Source of the DNA: a virus
Lineage: Duplodnaviria; Caudoviricetes
Reading direction: 5' to 3' (one strand)
Virus record (IMG/VR): IMGVR_UViG_3300029318_000006
Span: 1 to 57,324 of that record
Length of the DNA: 57,324 nucleotides
The notes below the pieces were generated by a model. The model was not told the DNA's origin, ran no database searches, and worked only from the letters and a program-made list of their open reading frames with translations. Every line of letters begins with the position of its first letter. The stretch's first letter is position 1. Both the position numbers and the translations under genes were made by a program. Shown one piece after another: positions 1-7,609 of the stretch.

Positions 1-930
1 CTTGTTGATACTAATGTATCTACACTAAATGGTATAAGCTCAGGAATGTCTCAAGCAAACCTTGTTCAAAGTGACTTACAAACAGTTGCGCCTTATAGTA
101 AATATGCTATGAATTTTGACTCTGCAGATAGTGATTATATAGATTGTGGTTCTTTTACTGCTTTAAATAGTGGAAATGCTATGACTGTCTCTTTATGGTT
201 TAAAGGTTCTACTTACATAACAAACGCAAGATTAATAAGGTGTGCACAATTTGAAATATACCAAAGTAATGGTAATGCTTCAAATACTCAAGGAAGATTG
301 TATTACAAACCAAGAAAAATCTATGCCAACCCGATTGTAACATTGGGCGGAACATCAGCTTCAGGAGTTGGTAATATGGTAGATGGTAACTGGCATCATA
401 TATGTTTAACTTTTGATAATTCAACAACTACTACTATAGCATACGAAGATGGCATTTCAGTTGTTAGCAACACAACAACAGGCGGAACTTTAAACCCGAC
501 TGCAACAAATTTATTTATTAGCTCAGGAGGAGCAACACTATACAATAGTGGTTCTATTTCAAATGTATCTGTTTGGAATACAGCTTTAACATCTGCACAA
601 GTATCAGAAATTTATAACGAAGGTCTTCCTGGTAATTTAAATTCTCACTCTGCATATTCTAATTTAATTTCTTGGTGGCAGCTAGGTGAAAATAGTTCTT
701 TTGATGGAAATGATTGGATTATAGCTGATGAAAAGGGAACAAACAATGGAACATCTGCAAATATGACTGAAGCAAACTTAACTAACGGTGTAGGTACAAC
801 AGCTAATGGAGTATCTAGCGGAATGTCAGAAGGTAATTTAGTAGGTGATGCGCCATATAGTACAGCAAACGCAATATCTAGTAATATGATAGTTACATCA
901 AGAGTTTCTGGAAGTGGTAATACTCCGTAA
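1..930 (+). CDS. LamG/concanavalin A-like lectin-domain virion protein, 5'-truncated
   Basis: Frame 1 is open from base 1 (LVDTNVSTLNGISSGM...), so the ATG at 46 is internal. LamG motifs YAMNFD, WHHICLTFD, GSISNVSVWNTAL, ISWWQLGE. Confidence 0.8.
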   Translation, partial: LVDTNVSTLNGISSGMSQANLVQSDLQTVAPYSKYAMNFDSADSDYIDCGSFTALNSGNAMTVSLWFKGSTYITNARLIRCAQFEIYQSNGNASNTQGRLYYKPRKIYANPIVTLGGTSASGVGNMVDGNWHHICLTFDNSTTTTIAYEDGISVVSNTTTGGTLNPTATNLFISSGGATLYNSGSISNVSVWNTALTSAQVSEIYNEGLPGNLNSHSAYSNLISWWQLGENSSFDGNDWIIADEKGTNNGTSANMTEANLTNGVGTTANGVSSGMSEGNLVGDAPYSTANAISSNMIVTSRVSGSGNTP

Positions 931-937
931 AAAATAT

Positions 938-945
938 TAACTTTG
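938..945 (+). promoter_or_regulatory. Bacteroidota sigma-A -7 element TAACTTTG
   Basis: Matches TAnnTTTG, intergenic, 14 nt before ATG 960. Confidence 0.65.
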
Positions 946-959
946 TAAAAAATCAAACA

Positions 960-1205
960 ATGGCAACAACTTATGTAGTAATCAACCTATCTGACACGAA
1001 CTCAGTTTTATTCAGCCAGGTGAACCAATCTTCTGCTCAAACAATGAGAAGAAATGTAGCAAACACTCAAGGGGTTTTATCATTCCAGGTAGAGCCTTCT
1101 TTTATCACTAACGGGTCATTAGTTCCAGTAGGAACCTATACTCACGAAGAGATATTAGTTTTATTAGCTACTCCAGAGTGGACACCAGCTGAACCAGGAG
1201 AGTGA
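960..1205 (+). CDS. Hypothetical phage protein, probably structural, linked to LamG genes
   Basis: 81-aa ORF after a promoter, with an A-rich start context. Confidence 0.7.
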   Translation: MATTYVVINLSDTNSVLFSQVNQSSAQTMRRNVANTQGVLSFQVEPSFITNGSLVPVGTYTHEEILVLLATPEWTPAEPGE

Positions 1206-1309
1206 AATACAGAAAGAAAATAACAACGAAAAGACCTGGGGTACATTCTAAGAATGCATCTAAAGGGCAGACGGCATACAAACCAAAATACCGTGGTCAA
1301 GGCAGATAA
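1202..1309 (+). CDS. Small basic peptide, 35 aa, ending YRGQGR
   Basis: GTG start overlaps the upstream TGA. MKYRKKITTKRPGVHSKNASKGQTAYKPKYRGQGR; the stop is followed 1 nt later by the next ATG. Confidence 0.65.
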   Translation: MKYRKKITTKRPGVHSKNASKGQTAYKPKYRGQGR

Positions 1310-1310
1310 T

Positions 1311-1559
1311 ATGGAAGAACCCCTCTTAATAGCTTTGATTTCAGCACTTGGAGTCAAGGAGATATGGAATATAATTAAGAAAAAGATTGACATCAACGCT
1401 AAAAAAGAAGATGATCAAATAGAGAGACTTACGGAAAAAATTACCAGTCTAGAACTAAAGATAGATGAGCTAATTAAAGAAAACCTAAACCTAAAAGTAA
1501 AGGTGGCTAAAATGGAAGAAAGAATATTGTTAACCGCTAAAAACAGAATTAAAAAATGA
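1311..1559 (+). CDS. N-terminal TM helix plus coiled-coil protein (holin/antiholin-like)
   Basis: Likely start ATG 1311 (MEEPLLIALISALGVKEIW), followed by heptad repeats; abuts the endolysin. Confidence 0.6.
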   Translation: MEEPLLIALISALGVKEIWNIIKKKIDINAKKEDDQIERLTEKITSLELKIDELIKENLNLKVKVAKMEERILLTAKNRIKK

Positions 1560-2053
1560 AACTATCTAAGAACTTATCTCTTTCTGAAATGCTAAAAAGC
1601 GGAACTGCTGAAAGAAAAGGTATAGCAAACTTACCTACAGAAGAACACATCGAGAATATGAAAGTATTAGCTGAGAACATATTTCAGCCGATTAGAGAGC
1701 ATTTTGGTGTTCCTTTTGGTATTAGTAGTGGGTATAGGTCAGAAGCGTTAAATAAAGCCATTGGGGGCGCTCACAAATACATAGATGGTAAGTACGTAGC
1801 CACTTCACAACACTGTAAAGGAGAAGCAATTGATTTAGATAGGGATTATTCCAATGCTCCTAACAATGCAGAAGTGTTTCATTTTATCAAAGACAACTTA
1901 AATTTTGATCAATTAATTTGGGAGTTTGGAACAGATGAAAACCCTTCTTGGGTACACGTTAGCTACAGCACTACCCGAACTCAAAGAAACAGAATATTAG
2001 TGGCGTATAAAGACGACGACAACAAAACCAAGTATAAAATCTATGGAAGATAA
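1556..2053 (+). CDS. Endolysin, peptidase M15 family (Zn peptidase)
   Basis: ISSGYRS...SQHCKGEAID...FDQLIWEF...WVHVSY motifs. Confidence 0.9.
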   Translation: MKLSKNLSLSEMLKSGTAERKGIANLPTEEHIENMKVLAENIFQPIREHFGVPFGISSGYRSEALNKAIGGAHKYIDGKYVATSQHCKGEAIDLDRDYSNAPNNAEVFHFIKDNLNFDQLIWEFGTDENPSWVHVSYSTTRTQRNRILVAYKDDDNKTKYKIYGR

Positions 2054-2231
2054 AATAAACCAACTTTTACAGGGTCAGGCGGTAATGCAGAGCCAGTTAA
2101 AAGAAATAAGCAAACAAAAGAACGATCACGAAAAAAGAATCCGTAGCTTGGAAAAAAAGTTTTGGACTTCGCTAGCAATGATTGTAACAGGAATAGGAAC
2201 ATTTATAGAAGGTTTATTTTTGCACAAATGA
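2043..2231 (+). CDS. Coiled-coil plus C-terminal TM protein (XhlA/holin-like)
   Basis: DHEKRIRSLEK followed by a hydrophobic helix; lies in the lysis cassette. Confidence 0.55.
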   Translation: MEDKINQLLQGQAVMQSQLKEISKQKNDHEKRIRSLEKKFWTSLAMIVTGIGTFIEGLFLHK

Positions 2232-2341
2232 TAGAAGAAAAGTCAGAGTTTGAAAAAATGTTAGAGAAGCTGGAGAAAGAACCAGTTCCAGAAAGAACTT
2301 GCAGTATAGATGATGAGAATTGCGAAAGTTGTTCAGGATGA
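2228..2341 (+). CDS. 37-aa acidic peptide ending CSIDDENCESCSG
   Basis: ATGA overlaps at both ends: MIEEKSEFEKMLEKLEKEPVPERTCSIDDENCESCSG. Confidence 0.65.
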   Translation: MIEEKSEFEKMLEKLEKEPVPERTCSIDDENCESCSG

Positions 2342-2787
2342 AAAAGAAACTAAAAGATACTAAAATAGGTGCGTTATTAAAAGAAAAAGCTCCTAAAGTA
2401 TTAGATGCTATTGGAGACATCCTTCCTTCTAGTGGAACCCTTGGAATTATTAAAAATGTCATCAGTCAAGAGCCAGACTTAACACCAGAAGAAAAAGAAG
2501 CACTTCACAAGCAAGTGGTAGAGCTTTATAAGTTAGAGGTAGATGATAGAGATTCAGCAAGGGAAAGAGAAGTTGAGTTAGCTAAAGCAAATCGTTTTGA
2601 CTTTATGTTTAATTTAACAGGTTTGGTCGGCCTTTCTTGTTTTGCCTTCTTGGTTTATGCTATTGTATTTTTAGAGGTTCCTGAGCATAATAAAGAAATT
2701 TGGATTCATTTAATCGGGGTAACAGAGGGAATCGTTTTGAGTATTTTCGGTTATTTCTATGGTTCTTCAGCATCAAGAAGAAAATGA
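2338..2787 (+). CDS. Holin-like membrane protein (3TM/GTA-holin-like)
   Basis: DRDSARERE motif followed by two TM helices ending GYFYGSS; start at ATG 2338. Confidence 0.7.
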   Translation: MKKKLKDTKIGALLKEKAPKVLDAIGDILPSSGTLGIIKNVISQEPDLTPEEKEALHKQVVELYKLEVDDRDSAREREVELAKANRFDFMFNLTGLVGLSCFAFLVYAIVFLEVPEHNKEIWIHLIGVTEGIVLSIFGYFYGSSASRRK

Positions 2788-2788
2788 T

Positions 2789-2796
2789 TATCTTTG
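2789..2796 (+). promoter_or_regulatory. -7 element TATCTTTG
   Basis: TAnnTTTG, intergenic. Confidence 0.6.
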
Positions 2797-2815
2797 TAAA
2801 GATAAATTAAATCAA

Positions 2816-3046
2816 ATGAAATTAGAAGAAAAAGAATTAAAATCTTTGAGAGATTTAAACTCAGAGTTTCAATCACTTAAAGTACAATTAGGAGAACTAG
2901 CAATACAAAAAAATTCAGTTCTTAAAAGAGTTGATTCAATAAGAGTTGAATTTGAATCACTAGAAAACGAATTGATAAAGAAATACGGAGAAAACTCTGT
3001 AATTAACTTAGAACACGGAACAGTAACACAAAAAGAAAATGGCTAA
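2816..3046 (+). CDS. Coiled-coil protein (possible fibre chaperone)
   Basis: Start at AATCAA-ATG 2816; heptads ending KYGENSVINLEHGT. Confidence 0.65.
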   Translation: MKLEEKELKSLRDLNSEFQSLKVQLGELAIQKNSVLKRVDSIRVEFESLENELIKKYGENSVINLEHGTVTQKENG

Positions 3047-4340
3047 AATAAGTAACACTACTAACTACCCAACTAAAGGAAGCCCTGCAGGTACAGATTA
3101 TGTAATAGGTACTGATGCATCATCTAAAGAAACTAAAAGTTTTACTTTACAAAGTATAGCTGATTTATATGCAGGATCTGGTTCAGGTACAGTTACTAGT
3201 GTTTCTTTAAGTGGTGGAACTACAGGATTAACAGTAACTGGCTCTCCAGTTACAAGTAGTGGAACAATTACTTTAGCAGGAACTTTAGCAACTACAAATG
3301 GAGGAACGGGCTTAACATCTATTGGAACAGCAGGTCAAGTATTGAAAGTTAACTCACTTGAAAGTGGATTAGAATGGGGAACTGCTGGTGGAAGCACTTC
3401 ACCTGATTCTCCAGTAAATTCCGTACAGTTTAATGAAGCTGGTGCTTTTGGTGGTTCTAATAATCTTACATATACCGACTCTAATAGAATTTTAGTAATA
3501 GGGGACCAAGATACATCTGGTGGTGTAGTTAATATTGCAGGAGGCCCAACAGGAGGTGCAGGCCAATTACGACTTGGTGATGATGGAACTTCAGGAAACG
3601 AAATTACATTAAAAGCTGCAGCAGATGTTACAGGTGCTTATAACATCGTATTACCAGGTGCAGCGCCAGGTGGAAATAATAAAATATTAGAGTCAGATTC
3701 TAGTGGTAATTTATCTTGGATAACAACACCTGGCTCAAGTGGGACAATTTCTGTTCAAGATAGTGGTGGCGCAGCAATAAGTGGTATTAATACTTTAAAT
3801 TTTAATACTAACTTGTCGGTAGTACACGCTTCAGGATCTACTACAGCAACAATAAACGGACCGAGTATTGCGAATGGTATTTCTCCTTTTCCTATTTATC
3901 AAGCTAAAGATTCTGTTGCTGTAGGTGGTCAAACTATAATAAGACAAAGTGTTTGTGAAACAGCAGGAACATACTCTAGATTAGAATACTTTTCAGTTGG
4001 AGCTTCTTCAAATCCTGTTTATTTTGCTATTTATACAGGAGCTATCACTGCCGCTGGTTCAGCTACAAAAAGACTTGAAGGCTTCAACTCAACATCATCT
4101 GCAGGTATTAATGTAATTAACTTTAGTAGTTCTTACAATTTTACAGCTGGTCAAGATATAGTGATAGTGGTTTCAGCAAACGATACTCTTAATTTAGCAG
4201 GAAGCGCTACATTATTGAGTCACGCAGATATATGCAGAGGCGCTGCAGTGTATACTAGTAGTTTTCCCTCTACTTTAGAAATATTACTTGATGGTATTAC
4301 AGATCCAGTAGCTACAGGTGTATGTACACATATTTATTAA
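3039..4340 (+). CDS. Tail/head fibre-like structural protein
   Basis: Gly/Thr/Ser-rich; GTVTSV, NGGTGLT and VQFNEAGAFGGS motifs typical of fibres. Confidence 0.7.
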   Translation: MAKISNTTNYPTKGSPAGTDYVIGTDASSKETKSFTLQSIADLYAGSGSGTVTSVSLSGGTTGLTVTGSPVTSSGTITLAGTLATTNGGTGLTSIGTAGQVLKVNSLESGLEWGTAGGSTSPDSPVNSVQFNEAGAFGGSNNLTYTDSNRILVIGDQDTSGGVVNIAGGPTGGAGQLRLGDDGTSGNEITLKAAADVTGAYNIVLPGAAPGGNNKILESDSSGNLSWITTPGSSGTISVQDSGGAAISGINTLNFNTNLSVVHASGSTTATINGPSIANGISPFPIYQAKDSVAVGGQTIIRQSVCETAGTYSRLEYFSVGASSNPVYFAIYTGAITAAGSATKRLEGFNSTSSAGINVINFSSSYNFTAGQDIVIVVSANDTLNLAGSATLLSHADICRGAAVYTSSFPSTLEILLDGITDPVATGVCTHIY

Positions 4341-4350
4341 ATCAAATGAA

Positions 4351-4569
4351 ATGGAAATTAGGAAAATATCAATTGGTCCTGACTATAAGTCTGGGGCAAT
4401 GCACTACCTTATCGGACAAGATGTTCTAGGAGGTAATTATACCATACATCATATAAGACAAGAAAAAGATTGTTTTAAAATTTGGATTATTAGAGACAAT
4501 GAGATTGTTCTTTGGAAAAGTTTTAATGCAACTATTCCCGTATCTGTAGAATATAATATTAACTTTTAG
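4351..4569 (+). CDS. Conserved hypothetical phage protein
   Basis: MEIRKISIGPDYKSGAMHY...; ATG 4351 has the better start context. Confidence 0.7.
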   Translation: MEIRKISIGPDYKSGAMHYLIGQDVLGGNYTIHHIRQEKDCFKIWIIRDNEIVLWKSFNATIPVSVEYNINF

Positions 4570-4570
4570 T

Positions 4571-5134
4571 ATGAAGTCACCTTTTGGTTTTATCGTGACA
4601 CCAGTGAAAAATACTAGGTACGATAATGTAAAAAAAATAGGAGATGTAGACTTTATTACTAGTTCTTCTAAGGAAGACCATACTGTCTCTAATCGTTTTG
4701 CTAATGTAGTAGCTACTCCAATAAACTATGATGGTGACATAAAAGTAGGTGACATATTAGTAGTTCACCACAATGTTTTTAAATATTATAATGATATGAA
4801 AGGCAGAGAAAGAAGTGGTAGAAGTTTTTTAAAAGACAACCTATTTATAGTAGAGCCTACTCAGTTTTTTATGTATAAGCAAGATGGTCAATGGAAGTCA
4901 CATTTAGATTATTGTTTTGTAAAACCATCTTCTAAAGAAAAGTCTGTTATATTTAATAACGATACTTATCAACCACTTACAGGAACCATTGAAGTTACCA
5001 ATGACGTACTTACTGAACTAGGTGTTAAAAAAGGAGATAAAGTTTGTTTTAAGCCAGAGTCAGAGTATGAGTTTAAAATAGATGATCAAACACTATACAG
5101 AATGAAATCTAAGAATATAACAATGACGTTATGA
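4571..5134 (+). CDS. Tandem GroES-like (Cpn10-fold) protein
   Basis: Two Cpn10-like halves: FIVTP...VVATP...IKVGDILVVH and CFVKP...GTIEV...GVKKGDKVCF...YEFKIDDQTLYRM. Confidence 0.6.
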   Translation: MKSPFGFIVTPVKNTRYDNVKKIGDVDFITSSSKEDHTVSNRFANVVATPINYDGDIKVGDILVVHHNVFKYYNDMKGRERSGRSFLKDNLFIVEPTQFFMYKQDGQWKSHLDYCFVKPSSKEKSVIFNNDTYQPLTGTIEVTNDVLTELGVKKGDKVCFKPESEYEFKIDDQTLYRMKSKNITMTL

Positions 5135-5397
5135 GTAAAGAAATTAAATTAAAAATAATAAAGGCAGGTAGAAAAGCAGTAGACCAACTAATTAAAGTAG
5201 CTGAAGAAAAAATTATTAAACCTGATCCAGATGATGAGCTAGCAGCAGACAGACTTAAAAATGCAGCAGCCACAAAAAAACTAGCCATCTTTGATGCGTT
5301 TGAAATATTAAATCGTATTGATGCAGAAGAAGAGGCTTTAAACAGTGTTAATAAAACTAGTACCAACCAAGGGTTTGCAGAAAGAAGATCGAAATAG
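5131..5397 (+). CDS. terS: Probable terminase small subunit
   Basis: Helical 88-aa protein directly upstream of and overlapping TerL; assignment is positional. Confidence 0.55.
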   Translation: MSKEIKLKIIKAGRKAVDQLIKVAEEKIIKPDPDDELAADRLKNAAATKKLAIFDAFEILNRIDAEEEALNSVNKTSTNQGFAERRSK

Positions 5398-7609
5398 TTT
5401 ATATAAAGTTGTACAAGATATTGTACCAAAAACAGCTATGGCTAAGAAAAACAAAGCCAAAAACTGGGAGTATGGCTACAATGAAAAGTATGATATTGTA
5501 GTTATTTCTAAAGATGGAACACTAGGTGACATATATGAAGTTCAAGGGTTAAAAATAGGACTACCTAAAACACCATCTAAGTTTTATTCTAATAAAGAAA
5601 AATGTTGGCAACCATTTGAGTATCCTAAAGCACTATCTAAAATAAAGTCTATATTTCAATGGAATGAAATGCCGTCTGCATTTAAAGATGCTTGGGTAAA
5701 TTATATAGAGCAAGAGTTTGATAGAAGAGAAGAAGGTTTTTGGTTTAACAATAACAATCTACCTACTTACATCACAGGTACTCATTATTGCTATTTGCAA
5801 TGGACTAAAATTGATGTAGGACATCCTGAATTTAGAGAAGCTAATAGAATATTTTTTTTGTTTTGGGAAGCTTGCAAAGCAGATAAAAGAAGTTTTGGAA
5901 TGTGTTATTTAAAAATAAGACGTTCTGGATTTTCATTTATGGGCTCAGCAGAAACAGTTAATACAGCTACTATATCTAAAGATGCAAGAATAGGTGTTCT
6001 ATCTAAAACGGGTACTGATGCCAAAAAAATGTTTACAGATAAAATAGTTCCTATATCTAATAACTACCCGTTCTTTTTTAAACCTATTCAAGATGGTATG
6101 GATAAACCAAAGACAGAATTATCCTATCGTGTTCCTGCTAGTAAGATTACTAAGCGTAATATGTATCTATCTGATAATCAAGAACTTGAAGGATTAGATA
6201 CCACTATAGATTGGCGTAATACTTCTGATAACTCTTATGATGGTGAGAAACTACAACTACTTATACACGATGAAAGTGGTAAGTGGGAAAAGCCTGAGAA
6301 CATACTTAATAACTGGCGTGTAACAAAAACTTGTTTGAGATTAGGTAGTAAAATTATTGGTAAATGTATGATGGGTTCTACGTCAAATGCATTAGATAAA
6401 GGGGGTAATAATTTTAAAAAGCTATACTACGATTCAGATACTAAATCAAGAAATGCAAATGGTCAAACTAAATCTGGTTTATATTCTTTATTTATTCCTA
6501 TGGAATGGAATTTTGAAGGATATATAGATAAGTATGGTATGCCTGTTTTGAATACTCCAGACAAACCTATTGAAGGAAACGATGGAGAGTATATTAATAC
6601 TGGAGCTATTAATTATTGGGAAAATGAAGTAGAGTCTTTAAAAAATGACGCAGATGCGCTTAATGAATTTTATCGTCAGTTTCCTAGAACAGAGTCTCAC
6701 GCATTTAGAGATGAAAGTAAACAATCGTTATTTAACTTAACTAAATTATACCAACAAATAGATTATAATGATGGTTTAGTTAAAGCCAGGTATTTAACAA
6801 GAGGTAGTTTCTTTTGGGAGAATGGTGTCCAAGATTCTAGAGTAATATGGAGTCCAAATAAAAATGGAAGATTTTTAGTTAGTTGGCTTCCTAAACAACA
6901 ATTACAAAACAGAAAAGAACAAAGAAACGGAAGGTATTATCCTGGTAATGAACACCTTGGTTCTTTTGGTTGTGATAGTTATGACATCTCTGGAACAGTA
7001 GGAGGAAAAGGATCTAATGGAGCTTTACACGGAATGACCAAGTTCCATATGGATGATGCTCCAACCAATGAGTTTTTTCTAGAATATGTAGCTAGGCCAC
7101 AAACAGCAGAGATATTTTTTGAAGAAGTATTGATGGCTTGTGTATTTTATGGTATGCCAATACTTTGTGAAAACAATAAACCAAGATTATTGTATCATTT
7201 TAAGAACAGGGGTTATAGAGGGTTTTGTATGAACAGACCTGATAAACAATTTAATAAACTATCTAAAACAGAAAGAGAATTAGGTGGCATACCTAACACT
7301 TCAGAAGATGTAAAACAATCTCACGCTTCAGCTATTGAATCTTACATAGAAAAATATGTTGGTTTAGATTTATCAGAACAGTTTAGACCAATGGATGAAA
7401 TGGGTTCAATGTACTTTACAAGAACCTTAGAAGATTGGGCTCGTTTTGATATCAATAAAAGAACTAAATTCGATGCTACAATTAGCTCAGGACTAGCTAT
7501 TATGGCCAATCAAAAACATTTATATACTCCTGTCAAAAAAGAGTCAAAAATAAGCATTAACTTTGCAAGATATGCTAATAAGGGGAATTTAAGCGAATTA
7601 CTAAAATAA
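5375..7609 (+). CDS. terL: Terminase large subunit
   Basis: Walker A-like KIRRSGFS, Walker B LLIHDESGKW, motif III MGST, RNaseH-like GCDSYD...KFDATIS. Start uncertain (TTG 5375 or ATG 5438). Confidence 0.9.
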   Translation: MQKEDRNSLYKVVQDIVPKTAMAKKNKAKNWEYGYNEKYDIVVISKDGTLGDIYEVQGLKIGLPKTPSKFYSNKEKCWQPFEYPKALSKIKSIFQWNEMPSAFKDAWVNYIEQEFDRREEGFWFNNNNLPTYITGTHYCYLQWTKIDVGHPEFREANRIFFLFWEACKADKRSFGMCYLKIRRSGFSFMGSAETVNTATISKDARIGVLSKTGTDAKKMFTDKIVPISNNYPFFFKPIQDGMDKPKTELSYRVPASKITKRNMYLSDNQELEGLDTTIDWRNTSDNSYDGEKLQLLIHDESGKWEKPENILNNWRVTKTCLRLGSKIIGKCMMGSTSNALDKGGNNFKKLYYDSDTKSRNANGQTKSGLYSLFIPMEWNFEGYIDKYGMPVLNTPDKPIEGNDGEYINTGAINYWENEVESLKNDADALNEFYRQFPRTESHAFRDESKQSLFNLTKLYQQIDYNDGLVKARYLTRGSFFWENGVQDSRVIWSPNKNGRFLVSWLPKQQLQNRKEQRNGRYYPGNEHLGSFGCDSYDISGTVGGKGSNGALHGMTKFHMDDAPTNEFFLEYVARPQTAEIFFEEVLMACVFYGMPILCENNKPRLLYHFKNRGYRGFCMNRPDKQFNKLSKTERELGGIPNTSEDVKQSHASAIESYIEKYVGLDLSEQFRPMDEMGSMYFTRTLEDWARFDINKRTKFDATISSGLAIMANQKHLYTPVKKESKISINFARYANKGNLSELLK

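Noticed and set aside
5365-5385. Programmed TerS-TerL frameshift at GGG TTT GCA
   Set aside because: It would need a +1 slip with no canonical slippery site or stimulator; TTG initiation is simpler.
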